Below the pieces are notes generated by a model. The model was given only the letters and a program-made list of their open reading frames with translations. It was not told the DNA's origin and ran no database searches. Positions 52,530-62,517 of a stretch of DNA of 64,000 bases are shown here, in pieces. Both the position numbers and the translations under genes were made by a program. Source of the DNA: an uncultured Actinomycetes bacterium (GTDB taxonomy: Bacteria > Actinomycetota > Thermoleophilia > Gaiellales > Gaiellaceae); contig CAWCLL010000002.1 of the NCBI GenBank assembly GCA_963796405.1, forward strand, positions 32,510-96,509, in the 5' to 3' direction. The first letter of the stretch is position 1. The number at the start of each line of letters is the position of its first letter.

Positions 52530-53556
52530 TCAGGTGGCGAGCAGGCGCTCGTCCTCGCGGCGGCGGTAGAAACGCCGGCCGAGCCACGCCGCGAGCGCGA
52601 CCAGCGCGAACGGCGCCGCCACGATCGCGATCGCGAGCGCGACCACGCCTTCCCAGACGAGGACGTTCAGCGCTTCGTCGAGCGTCCGCTCGAGCCGTGA
52701 CGGCACCGCGACCGCGCCTGCGTCCGGCGTCGTGACCGTGAGCTGCACGGTCGCCATCCGCGCTTCCGCGTTCGTCGCGGAGATCCCGCCTCGGAGCTGG
52801 CGGAGCTCGGCCTGGAGCGCCCGCAAGCGGTTCTGGAGCTGCGCGCGCCGCACGGGATCGAGCGAGTCCGACTCGAGCTGCGCCCGGACGGTCGCGATCT
52901 GCGCCTCGACGGCGCGCTTCCGGGCCTGGAGCTGGTCGAGCGACTGCTGGAGGTCGTCGATCCGGATCTGCTGCGTCACGATCCGCCCGAGCGCCGAGAG
53001 CTGCACGATCGCCTCCTGCACGCGCCCGACCGGGACGCGCACCGTCAGCGCGGCGTTCCCCTCCTCGCCGGTCACGACCGACGCGCTGACGACGTGGCCG
53101 CCGAGCCGGCGGGTAAGGTCGAGCGCCTCCTGGGCCGCGCGGGAGACCTCCTCGGAGTTCGCGACCTCGACCGTGAGCGTCGCGCTGACACGCTGCGCGC
53201 GGCCCGCGGTCGGGCCGATCGCGCTGCGGTCGAGGGCCGAGGGAGCCGCCGTCTTCGACCCCGGGCGTGGCCTCGGGCACGACCGTCTCCCCGAGGTTGT
53301 CCTGGGTCTGGCGAAAGGCCTCGGTCGTGCCGTCCGAGCGGGAGAGCCCGACGGCGCCGGCGCTCACGAGCGCGAGCGCGACGACCGCCGGCACGGCGAC
53401 GAGCGCGACCCGGCGCACGGGGAGCTGAAAGCGCGCCCAGACCGGTACTCGCGAGGGCTGCTCGCGGGCGATCTCCCGGACGCGCGCGCGGAGCGCGACC
53501 GGTGCGGAGGGGCGGGCTGCCCGGAGCTCGTTGATCAGGTCAGGCGACGACGTCAT
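52530..53556 (-). pseudogene. Membrane protein with DUF4349-like domain, probable anti-sigma partner (one frame break near 53230)
   Basis: N-terminus plus TM in ORF 52240..53556. Coiled-coil/DUF4349-like part and C-terminal TM in ORF 52530..53075. Confidence 0.6.
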
Positions 53557-54082
53557 GGTCTCTCATCCTCTCTTCGAGCTTCGCGAGCGCGCGATGGAGT
53601 CGCGTGGAGACGGCGGTGGGGGTGATTCCGAGCAGGCGCGCGACCTCGTCGCCCTCGAGGTCGAGGACGATCCGGAGCGCGACGACCTCGCGCTCTCCCG
53701 CGGTCAGCGCCGCGAGCGCTTCCTCGAGCTCTGCCGAGAAGCCCTCGCCGAAGGCCGGCTCGCGTCCCTCGCGGGGCTCGCCGGCCTCGGCGCGCTCCTC
53801 GCGGCGGCGGCGTCGCTGATCGGCCCGGAACCAGTCGAGCGCGGTCGAGCGGGCGATCGCGAGGAGCCACGCGCGCGCGGTCCCGCGCCCGGGGTCGAAG
53901 CGGCGCCACTTGCGCAGCGCGGTCTCGAAGGTCTCGCTCGTCAGGTCTTCTGCGAGCGCCCAGTTCTTGGTCATGTACAGCAGGTAGCCGTAGACGTCGT
54001 CCAGGAGCTCCTCCGCGACGGCGGCGAAGGAGGGCGCGACGGCGTGGCCGGTCCGGGGCGCGTCGAGGGTCACGGCATGCAC
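53540..54082 (-). CDS. ECF (sigma-70 family) RNA polymerase sigma factor
   Basis: 180-aa ORF. Region 2: DVYGYLLYMTKNWALAEDLTSETF. Region 4: EREVVALRIVLDLEGDEVARLLGITPTAVSTRLHRA. Confidence 0.85.
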   Translation of the reverse strand: MHAVTLDAPRTGHAVAPSFAAVAEELLDDVYGYLLYMTKNWALAEDLTSETFETALRKWRRFDPGRGTARAWLLAIARSTALDWFRADQRRRRREERAEAGEPREGREPAFGEGFSAELEEALAALTAGEREVVALRIVLDLEGDEVARLLGITPTAVSTRLHRALAKLEERMRDHDVVA

Positions 54083-54121
54083 GCTCCTACTACGCCGCCG
54101 CGGCGCACGATGTCACCGGGA

Positions 54122-56010
54122 TCAGGGCGACGAAGAGCGGGCATCGTCGAACAGCGCCTCCCAGCGTTCGAGGAGCTTCTGGAGCTCGTCGCGCCCGGCG
54201 CGGTGCGCGGCGAGGACGTCCATGTTCGCCCAGTCGTCGGCGAGCTTCCCTTCCAGCTCCGAGACGCGAGCCTCGACGGCCGCGATCTCCGCCTCGAGCA
54301 ACTCGAGCTCGGAGGGCTCTTTGCTCTTCGGGGGAGCCTTGCGCGGCGCCTTGGCGACCGGCGGCCGCGCATCCTCGATCGGCGGCTTCGGCGCAGCTGC
54401 GGCCTCTCTTGTCGGCCCAGCCGCCGTCGTACGAGCGCAGCGTGCGCTCCTCCACCGCGACGATCCGGTCGGGCACGGCGTCGAGGAGCGCGCGGTCGTG
54501 CGAGACGATGAGCACCGTCCCGGGGAACGCCTCGAGCGCGGCCTCGAGCGCCTCGCGGCTCTCCAGGTCGAGGTGGTTCGTCGGCTCGTCGAGGACGAGG
54601 AAGTTCGCGCCCGACGCGACGAGGAGCGCGAGCGAGAGACGACGTCGCTCGCCGCCCGAGAGGGCCGTCACGGCGCGCTCGTGGGTGTCCCAGCCGGAGA
54701 AGAGGAAGCGGCCGAGCAGCGACTGGGCCTGCGGTCGCGTCAGCCCCGTGGCCGCGACGGCGGCATCGAGGACCGACCCCTTCGTCGGAAGCTCCTGCGT
54801 GTGCTGCGAGAAGTACGCGGGGACGACACCGTGACCGAGCTCCGCCTTGCCGCCGTCCAGCGGCCGCTGTCCGAGCAGCGCCTCGAGCAGCGTCGTCTTC
54901 CCCGACCCGTTGGGGCCGACGAGCGCCACCTTCTCGCCGCGCTCGACGACGAGCTCCGCGCTCTCGAGCAGCCTCTTGTCGCCGGCGGACAGCACGATCC
55001 CGTCCCCTTCGACGACGATCCGGCCCGGTCCGCGGCGGCGAGAGGAAGTCGAAGCCGAGCGTGCGCCGCTTCGTCGTTAGCGAGGCGAGCTCCTCGCGCG
55101 CGGCGCCTCGCTCCTGCTCGAGCCGGCCGATCTGCGTCAGCTTCGCCTGGGCCTGCTTGGCCTTCGACTTCTTGTACCGGAAGCGCGCGACGAAACGCTC
55201 GAGCCGGACGATGTCCTCGGAGACGCGATCCGCGGTCTTCTCGGCCGCCGCCGCCCGCGCCGCCTTCTCGCGCCGCCAGGCGTGCCAGGGCCCGGCGAAG
55301 TAGTGGACGCCGCCGGGGGCGAGGTCGAGCACCGCCGTCGTGACGGCCTCGAGGAACCAGCGGTCGTGCGCGACGAGGACGACCGCCGCATTGAGCGTCG
55401 CGAGCTCGTCCTCGAGCCACTCGAGGTTCTCGACGTCGAGGTGGTTCGTCGGCTCGTCGAGCAGCAGCAGGTCGGGGTCGACCGCGAGCGCGCGCGCAAG
55501 GGAGGCGCGGGTCAGCTCGCCGCCGGAGAAGGTCGACAGCTGCCGGTCGAGGTCCTCGTCGCGGAAGCCGAGGCCGCGCAGCGTCCTCGCGGCTCGCTCG
55601 CGCCAACCCCAGCCGCCCGCGTGCTCGAGCTTCCCCTGCGCGTCCGCGTAGCGACGCAGGGTTCGCTCGTCGTGCGCGCCGTCGGCCATCTCGCGCTCGA
55701 GCCGCCCGAGCTCCTCCTCGAGCGCGAGCAGGTCCTTCGCTCCCGAGACGGCGTACTCGCGCAGCGTGAGGTCGAGCTCGCGCGGCGGGCGCTGGTCGTG
55801 GAGCGCGACGCGCGTGCCCTTGGCGAACGCCAGCTCGCCGCCCTGGAGCGAGACCTCGCCCGCGATCGCGCGGAGCAGCGTCGTCTTGCCGGCCCCGTTC
55901 GCGCCCGCGAGCGACAGGCGGTCGCGCTTTCCGACCGCGAACGACACCCCCTCGAAGAGGGGGTCGCCGGAGAACTCCTTGCGCAAGCTGGATGCGATCA
56001 GAACGGACAT
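54122..56010 (-). pseudogene. ABC-F family ATPase (two NBDs, no TM), frame breaks near 55040 and 54420
   Basis: NBD1 GANGAGKTTLL/LSGGELTRASLARAL in ORF 54070..56244. NBD2 GPNGSGKTTLL/LSGGERRRLSLA in ORF 54090..54995. The coiled-coil tail ...ELQKLLERWEALFDD is in a third frame. Confidence 0.85.
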
Positions 56011-56179
56011 TTCACCTGCGTTTTCTGACGTCTGTTGACCACAGGCTTGCGGCCGACCGACGAGTTGACGCGTTCGGGGGAGGAACACGTTACGGGTGGA
56101 GCGAACGATGCACGAACGCGGGGAGCCTGACTGCGGCTCTCGTAATCGAGATCGGGCAACAAAGGAGGCACCACAAATC

Positions 56180-56278
56180 ATGCATCGCTTCCTCACCCTG
56201 GCGGTTTCCGTGGGCCTGTTCGCAACTCTCGCCGTCGGCCTCACGGCCGCGAGCGGCCCGGGGAGACCTGGGCGCTGA
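56180..56278 (+). CDS. Small ORF (32 codons) with a signal-peptide-like sequence and a strong SD
   Basis: AAAGGAGG, 9 nt, then ATG. MHRFLTLAVSVGLFATLAVGLTAASGPGRPGR. A +2 shift would give ...TWALTAYAICATAP*. Confidence 0.3.
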   Translation: MHRFLTLAVSVGLFATLAVGLTAASGPGRPGR

Positions 56279-56313
56279 CCGCGTACGCGATCTGCGCGAC
56301 GGCTCCGTAGGCG

Positions 56314-58173
56314 CTAGCGCGTAGCTCCGGCTGACGGGACGCCCACGAGCGAGCGAGCGGCGGCGGCGATGTGCTCGGCATCGATCCCCGCTGCGGCGAG
56401 CAGCTCCTCGGGCGTCCCGGAGCCGGGCATTCCCCGGACCGCCAGCAGCGCGACGCGCGGCCGCTCGTCCGCGTCTGCGAACGCGGCCAGCACGGCCTCG
56501 CCGAGCCCTCCCTCCGGCCAGTGGTCCTCGACGGTGACGAGCCTGCCCTGCGTCGCCTCGGCCGCGGCGTGCAGCGTCGCCGTGTCGAGCGGCTTGATCG
56601 AGTAGAGATCGATCACGCGCGCCGCGATGCCCTCGCGCGCGAGCGCGTCCGCCGCGTCGAGCGCCTCGAACACGGTGATGCCGGCGGCGACGATCGCGAC
56701 GTCGTCGTCATCCGAGGAGCGCAGCACGCGGCTGCCCCCGATCTCGAAGTCCTCGTCGGGGCCGTACAGCACGCGCGTCGCGGGCCGCAGGGTCCGGAGG
56801 TACGAGATGCCCTCGGTGTCGGCGAGCGCCGTCACGAGCCTCGCCGTCTGGTTGCCGTCGCACGGGTGCAGGACGACGCTTCCGTGGATCGCGCGGAACG
56901 CCGCGATGTCCTCGAGCCCCATCTGCGACGGGCCGTCCTCTCCGATCGAGACCCCGGCGTGCGAGCCGCAGAGGACGAGCCGCGCGCGGCTCACTGCCGC
57001 CATGCGGGCGAAGTCGTACGCGCGCGTGAAGAAGGCCGCGAACGTCGACGCGAACGGCTTCCAGCCGACGATCTGGAGGCCGACCGCCGCGGCCAGCATC
57101 TGCTGCTCGGCGATGTACATCTCGAAGTACCGGTCCGGGTGCTCCTGCGCGAAGATCTCGGCGAAGGTCGAGTTCGACACCTCGCCGTCGAGGACGACGA
57201 TGTCGCCGCGCGCGGTGCCGAGCGCTGCGAGCGCCTCGCCGTACGCCTTGCGCGTCGCGACCTCGCTTCCCATCTCGTACGCGGGAAGCTCGAGCTCACC
57301 GGTCGCGAACCGGTACGGATCGCCGGGCTCCGGCTTCGCGACCTCGATGCGGATGTCGCGGAGGCCGCCGAGCTCCTCGATCGCGGTCTCCGGCTCCTCG
57401 ATCGGCTTCCCGTGCAGCCCGTTCTTGTCCGCGACCGCCGCGACGCCGTGCCCCTTCTCCGTGCGCGCGATGACGGCGGTGGGCTGGCCGGACGTCTCGA
57501 GCGCCTCGGCGAACGCGCTGTCGATCGCCTCGACGTCGTGCCCGTCGACGACGATCGCGTGCCAGCCGAACGCGCGAGCGCGGTCGACGTAGGTCTTCGT
57601 GTCCCAGCCGACCATCGTCTCGCCGCGCTGGCCGAGCCGGTTCACGTCGAGGATCGCGGTCAGGTTGTCGAGCGAGTAGTGCGCGGCGTGCTCGAACGCC
57701 TCCCAGATCGAGCCCTCGGCGAGCTCGCTGTCCCCGCACAGCACCCAGGTGCGGGCGGGCAGCCGGTCGAGGTACTTCGCCGCGAGCGCGGTCCCGACTC
57801 CGATCGGCAGGCCCTGCCCGAGCGACCCCGTCGCGACGTCGACCCAGGGCAGGACCGGGGTCGGATGCCCTTCGAGGCGGCTTCCGTGCTTCCGGTACGT
57901 GAGCAGCTCCTCGTCGGAGACGACTCCCGCTGCCTTGTAGATCGCGTACAGGAGCGTCGACGCATGTCCCTTGGAGAAGATCAGTCGGTCATTAGCTGCG
58001 CTCTTCGGGGTGTCGAAGTCGTAGCGCAGGTACCCGTCGACGAGCACTGCCATGAGGTCGGCGGCGGACATCGCGGAGGTCGGGTGCCCCGACTTCGCCG
58101 CCGCAGCCATCCGCACCGAATCGACCCGAAGCTGCTGTCCGAGCTCCTTCCGCCGGGCGGCCGCTTCCCCCAT
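56314..58173 (-). CDS. tkt: Transketolase
   Basis: Intact 619-aa ORF with SGHPTSAMSAADL, GSLGQGL and GEDGPSQMG. Confidence 0.95.
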   Translation of the reverse strand: MGEAAARRKELGQQLRVDSVRMAAAAKSGHPTSAMSAADLMAVLVDGYLRYDFDTPKSAANDRLIFSKGHASTLLYAIYKAAGVVSDEELLTYRKHGSRLEGHPTPVLPWVDVATGSLGQGLPIGVGTALAAKYLDRLPARTWVLCGDSELAEGSIWEAFEHAAHYSLDNLTAILDVNRLGQRGETMVGWDTKTYVDRARAFGWHAIVVDGHDVEAIDSAFAEALETSGQPTAVIARTEKGHGVAAVADKNGLHGKPIEEPETAIEELGGLRDIRIEVAKPEPGDPYRFATGELELPAYEMGSEVATRKAYGEALAALGTARGDIVVLDGEVSNSTFAEIFAQEHPDRYFEMYIAEQQMLAAAVGLQIVGWKPFASTFAAFFTRAYDFARMAAVSRARLVLCGSHAGVSIGEDGPSQMGLEDIAAFRAIHGSVVLHPCDGNQTARLVTALADTEGISYLRTLRPATRVLYGPDEDFEIGGSRVLRSSDDDDVAIVAAGITVFEALDAADALAREGIAARVIDLYSIKPLDTATLHAAAEATQGRLVTVEDHWPEGGLGEAVLAAFADADERPRVALLAVRGMPGSGTPEELLAAAGIDAEHIAAAARSLVGVPSAGATR

Positions 58174-58224
58174 GCGGCCATCCTACGTGGGCGCCTACGG
58201 GCTCCCGCGCGCTACGGTAGGCAC

Positions 58225-59325
58225 ATGGCGCGAAGCCGCCTCCACGAGCTCTCGGCCCACGGCGTCAGCGTGTGGATGGACTCGCTCTCGCGCGAGATGC
58301 TCGAGACGGGAGAGCTCGCGCGGCTGATCGAGGAGGACGCGGTCGTCGGCGTCACCTCGAACCCGACGATCTTCGAGAAGGCCCTTTCGACGGGCGGCTG
58401 GTACGACGACCAGCTGCGCGACGTGCTCGAGCGGCACGACGACACGAAGGAGGTCTTCATCGAGCTCGCCGTCCGGGACGTCCAGCAGGCCTGCGATCTT
58501 CTGCGCCCCGCCTGGGAGCGCACGCAGGGGATCGACGGCCGCGTCTCGATCGAGGTCGATCCCGACCTCGCCTACGACCGCGATGCCTCGTTCGACGAGG
58601 CGATCCGGCTCCACGAGCTCGTCGACCGGGCGAACGCCTACGTGAAGATCCCGGGCACCGAGCCGGGGCTCGGCGCGATCGAGGACTGCATCGCCGCCGG
58701 CCGCTCGATCAACGTGACGCTCATCTTCTCCCTCGACCGCCACGCCGCGGTCGTCGAGGCGTACATCCGCGGCCTCGAGCGTCTCGCCGCGGACGGTGGC
58801 GATCTCTCGCAGGCGATCTCCGTCGCGAGCTTCTTCGTCTCGCGCGTCGACACCGAAGCCGACCGGCGCCTGGAGGAGCTGGGGCGCACCGACCTCCAGG
58901 GCAAGCTCGCGGTCGCGAACGCGAAGCTCGCCTACCAGCACTACCTCACGACCTTTGCCGGCGAGCGCTGGGAGCGGCTGGCTGCGGCGGGAGCTCGCCC
59001 GCAGCGGTGCCTGTGGGCCTCGACCTCGACGAAGAACCCCGCGTACCGCGACGTCCTCTACGTCGAGGAGCTCATCGGTCCGGACACGGTGAACACGATG
59101 CCGGCCGAGACGATCGTGGCGTTCCAGGATCACGGCGAGGTGCGGGACACGCTCATGGAGGGGATCGGCGAGGCGACCCAGCTCTTCGACGACCTCGCGG
59201 CGGCCGGCGTCGACTACGACGACGTCGTCGAGACGCTCGAGCGGGAGGGCGTCGAGAAGTTCTCGGACTCGTTCCGGCAGCTCCTCGCCGGGATCGACGA
59301 GCGCCGGGCGGCGCTCGTCTCCTGA
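58225..59325 (+). CDS. tal: Transaldolase (long actinobacterial type)
   Basis: Last 366 codons of ORF 56371..59325: GVSVWMDSLSRE...VTSNPTIFEKA...YVKIPGT...NVTLIFS. Confidence 0.9.
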   Translation: MARSRLHELSAHGVSVWMDSLSREMLETGELARLIEEDAVVGVTSNPTIFEKALSTGGWYDDQLRDVLERHDDTKEVFIELAVRDVQQACDLLRPAWERTQGIDGRVSIEVDPDLAYDRDASFDEAIRLHELVDRANAYVKIPGTEPGLGAIEDCIAAGRSINVTLIFSLDRHAAVVEAYIRGLERLAADGGDLSQAISVASFFVSRVDTEADRRLEELGRTDLQGKLAVANAKLAYQHYLTTFAGERWERLAAAGARPQRCLWASTSTKNPAYRDVLYVEELIGPDTVNTMPAETIVAFQDHGEVRDTLMEGIGEATQLFDDLAAAGVDYDDVVETLEREGVEKFSDSFRQLLAGIDERRAALVS

Positions 59326-59341
59326 TCCTCGAGCCGTAGCC

Positions 59342-59725
59342 CTACCTCCAGGTCGCCCGGGCGGTGCAGACCTCGCCGGACGGGCTGACTGCGCGCCCGC
59401 GGATGACCTCGGCTCCGGCGCCGTTCCGCGCGAGCGCTCTCGCCTCGAACGAGCCGCTCGGCGGCCGCGTCGTCCGGGCGAGGCGGGCGAAGCGGTTGCC
59501 GTTCCGGCTGAGCGAGACCGTCCAGCGCACGCCGTTGCGGTTCTGGTCGACCTCGAACTCGACCTCGATCCGGCCGTTCTCCTCGCTCAGCTTGAGCTTC
59601 GACGTGGTCGCCCCCGTGCACTTCCCGGCGACGCGCACGTCGCCGTCCTTCGCGTTCGCCGTCGGTGCGAGCAGGACGGCTGCGAAGGCCACGAGCGCCG
59701 CGCACACGAGTGTGGTTCGTTTCAT
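59342..59725 (-). CDS. Secreted hypothetical protein
   Basis: 127-aa ORF with the signal peptide MKRTTLVCAALVAFAAVLLAPTANA. No family recognised. Confidence 0.5.
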   Translation of the reverse strand: MKRTTLVCAALVAFAAVLLAPTANAKDGDVRVAGKCTGATTSKLKLSEENGRIEVEFEVDQNRNGVRWTVSLSRNGNRFARLARTTRPPSGSFEARALARNGAGAEVIRGRAVSPSGEVCTARATWR

Positions 59726-59838
59726 CGCTTCTCTCCTCTCAGGGTCGCTCGCTTCCTTCTACCCGGGAGCGGCGCCGGGATCGCGAGGCGCTGCCGAATC
59801 CTTGCCCGCACCTGACCGAACCTTGGAGTGGCACAAGA

Positions 59839-59859
59839 CATATGTAATTTGCATATACT
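59839..59859. promoter_or_regulatory. AT-rich imperfect palindrome, candidate PadR operator or promoter
   Basis: ACATATGTAATTTGCATATAC (ATATG-N7-CATAT) lies between divergent genes, immediately upstream of the PadR gene. Confidence 0.4.
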
Positions 59860-59865
59860 GCTCCC

Positions 59866-60261
59866 GTGCACCGCCGGAGACACCGCCTCCGCTCCCGCAA
59901 CCGCCGCCGGCTCCCGGACGGGAGCTGGGAGGTGCGCGCCAGGGTGGAGCGTCTCGGCGAGCCCGCGCTGCTGCTCCTCCTCGACGCCGGCCCGACGCAC
60001 GGGTACGAGCTCCTCGAACGGCTCCCGCCACTCATCGGCGAGGACCGCGTCGACGTGGGGAACGTGTACCGCGCGCTGCGCGGGCTCGAGGAGGAAGGCC
60101 TCGTCGTCTCGGAGTGGCAGGCCGAGCTGCCGGGACCGGCGAAGCGCACGTACACGCTGACCGCCGACGGCTCGGCCGTCCTCACTGCATGGCGTGAGTC
60201 ACTTGCCCGGCTCCACGAGAGCCTGTCTCCGTTTCTCGACGACTCTCAGGAAGGGAGGTGA
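59866..60261 (+). CDS. PadR-family transcriptional regulator
   Basis: LLLLLDAGPTHGYEL...GNVYRALRGLEEEGLV...KRTYTLTADG. Confidence 0.85.
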   Translation: MHRRRHRLRSRNRRRLPDGSWEVRARVERLGEPALLLLLDAGPTHGYELLERLPPLIGEDRVDVGNVYRALRGLEEEGLVVSEWQAELPGPAKRTYTLTADGSAVLTAWRESLARLHESLSPFLDDSQEGR

Positions 60262-60264
60262 CCT

Positions 60265-60450
60265 ATGTGCCATGAACGCAGACATCGCCGAAAGCGGACC
60301 GGACGCGCTCCGAACCGAGAGCAGCTCCTGCAGGCGCTCGAGGAGCGCCAGAGGGATCTCGAGCAGGAGATCGCGGACCTCCACGACGTCATCAAGCGGC
60401 TCCGCGACGAGGGCGTGACCCCGTCGCCCGAGCCGGCGCCGTCGATCTAG
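60265..60450 (+). CDS. Small basic/coiled-coil protein co-transcribed with PadR
   Basis: 61-aa ORF. His/Arg-rich N-terminus (CHERRHRRKR), then the heptad-like LLQALEERQRDLEQEIADLHDVIKRLRDEG. Confidence 0.4.
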   Translation: MCHERRHRRKRTGRAPNREQLLQALEERQRDLEQEIADLHDVIKRLRDEGVTPSPEPAPSI

Positions 60451-60453
60451 CTC

Positions 60454-61188
60454 CTAGCCCGCGGCGAGCGCGGCGAGCAGCTCGTCGTGGAGGAGCCCGT
60501 TCGAGGAGACGGCGCTGCGGCCGTCGATCCGCGAGACCCCGGCGAGGTCCGAGAAGCGCCCGCCGGCCTCCTCGACGATCACCTGCACGGCGGCGAGGTC
60601 CCACTCCTTGACGCCGACCGCGTCCACGGCGCCGTCGACGGCTCCCTCGGCCACGAGCATGTGCGCCCAGAAGTCGCCGAAGCCGCGCGCGTGCCAGGCG
60701 CGGCCGGCGAGCGTCGGAATGGGGTTCTCGTAGGCGAAGCTCACGACCGCGTCCTCGACTCGGGAGACCGACGACACGCCGATCCGGTCGCCGTTCGCGA
60801 AGGCCCCGCGTCCCTGCTCGGCCCACCATCTCCGTCCCAGCGCCGGCGCCGACACGACGCCCATCTTCATCACGCCCGACTCCTCGACCGCAACGAGCGT
60901 CGCCCACACCGGGATGCCGCGCGCGTAGTTGCGGGTGCCGTCGATGGGGTCGACGATCCAGCGCCGCTCGCCGTGGCCGGTCGTTCCCTCCTCCTCGCCG
61001 AGGACGGCGTCGTCCGGCCGCGCGTCGGCCAGGATGGCCCGGATCTCGGCCTCGACCGCCCGGTCGGCCTCGGTCACCGGCGTCAGGTCCGCCTTGGTCT
61101 CGAACGCGAGGCCCGGCTTGAAGCGGCCGAGCGAGATCGCGTCCGCCGTGTCGGCGAGCCGCAATCCGAGCTCGAGGTCGGTGGTCAC
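60454..61188 (-). CDS. Inositol monophosphatase family protein (possibly histidinol-phosphatase HisN-type)
   Basis: From the GTG at 61188: VTEADRAVE...LGEE...WIVDPIDGTRNY...WDLAA. Confidence 0.75.
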   Translation of the reverse strand: MTTDLELGLRLADTADAISLGRFKPGLAFETKADLTPVTEADRAVEAEIRAILADARPDDAVLGEEEGTTGHGERRWIVDPIDGTRNYARGIPVWATLVAVEESGVMKMGVVSAPALGRRWWAEQGRGAFANGDRIGVSSVSRVEDAVVSFAYENPIPTLAGRAWHARGFGDFWAHMLVAEGAVDGAVDAVGVKEWDLAAVQVIVEEAGGRFSDLAGVSRIDGRSAVSSNGLLHDELLAALAAG

Positions 61189-61307
61189 TAGTCGAGCTGG
61201 ATGTAGAGCAGCGCCACGAGCACCGTGCCCAGGAACAACAGCCAGAAGAGGCCGAAGAGCGCCCAGCCGAAGCGGTTGCTCCTGCTCGCGAGGTCGTCGT
61301 CCGTCAC
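61188..61307 (-). CDS. 39-codon single-TM ORF translationally coupled to ctaB
   Basis: VTDDDLASRSNRFGWALFGLFWLLFLGTVLVALLYIQLD. The GTG overlaps the ctaB stop as GTGA. Confidence 0.35.
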   Translation of the reverse strand: MTDDDLASRSNRFGWALFGLFWLLFLGTVLVALLYIQLD

Positions 61308-62486
61308 GTGAGCAGGGGGTCGACGGCCGCGGCCGCAAAGAGGAGAGCGAGGTAGAGCAGCGAGTAGTGGAAGAGGAGCTGCGCGCGTGCGCGCGAGAGG
61401 TCGCGGCGCAGGAGCCATGCGAGCGCGAGCAGCACGGCTCCGAGCCCGACGGCCGCGACCGTGTACACGGGCCCGAGCCAGAGCCCGACGACGACCGTGA
61501 ACGCGACCAGGCCGATCGAGTAGAGCAGGATCTGCCGCGCCGTCTCGCGATCCCCCCGAACGACCGGAAGCATCGGGATCCCCGCGGCCGCGTACGCGTT
61601 CTTGATCATCAGCGCGAGCGCCCAGAAGTGCGGAGGCGTCCAGAGGAACACGATGAGGAAGAGCCAGAGCGCGGGCAGCGCGAGGCTGCCGGTGGCCGCC
61701 GCGTAGCCGACGAGCGGCGGGACCGCGCCGGCAGCGCCGCCGATGACGATGTTCTGCGGCGTCGAGCGCTTGAGCCACCGCGTGTACACGACGACGTAGA
61801 ACGCGTTGCCGACGAGCGCGAGCAGCGCCGTGAGGACGTTCACGGTCGACGCGAGCAGCGCGAACGAGAGCGCCGAGAGGACGATCCCGAACTCGAGCGC
61901 CTGGGCGACCGAGACCCGGCCCGACGCGACGGGACGCCCGCGCGTCCGCGCGCCCATGAGCCGGTCGATGTCGCGGTCGAGCACGTGGTTGAGCGCCGAG
62001 GCGCCGCCGCACGCGAGCGCGAGCCCGACCATGGTCAAGCACGAAGAGGTCGAGCGCCGGCACGCCCTGCGCGCCGACGAACATCCCGCCCGCGCCCGTG
62101 ACGAGCAGCAGCGACATGATCCGGGGCTTCGTCAGCGTCAGGTAGTCGCGGGCCGAGGCGAGCGGCGTCGCGTGGCCGCGGAAGACGGAGACGACCACGA
62201 CGAGGGAAGCGCCGAGCGCGACCGCGGCCGCTCCCACGTGCAGCGCGACCGCCCACGCCGCGCTCGAGCTCCAGGCGACGACGCCGCCGAGCGCGACCGC
62301 GGCCAGCAGCAATCCGAGGGCGAGGAGCGCGCGCCCGAAGAGGTGCGGGTACGCGTAGCGCGTGATGATCACGACGGCGACGAGGAACGGCAGCGCGATC
62401 GCGGCGATCCCCCAGTGCGTCGTGCCGAGCTCGAGGACCGCGCTCGCGACGATCAGCGAGACCGCGAGCGCGGCGGCGACGGTCAT
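61304..62486 (-). pseudogene. ctaB: Protoheme IX farnesyltransferase with a ~110-aa four-helix N-terminal extension (one frame break near 62040)
   Basis: ARDYLTLTKPRIMSLLL in ORF 61188..63992. It continues NHVLDRDIDRLMGARTRGRPVASG...WTPPHFWALA in ORF 61304..62038. Confidence 0.85.
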
Positions 62487-62517
62487 CAGCCGCAGCAGCA
62501 GCCCCGTCGCCGGGCGG

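Noticed and set aside
56371-58224. The N-terminal 618 codons of ORF 56371..59325 as a large domain fused to transaldolase.
   Set aside because: This part is the antisense of the transketolase gene and is low-complexity Arg/Asp/Leu-rich. Transaldolase begins at the ATG at 58225.
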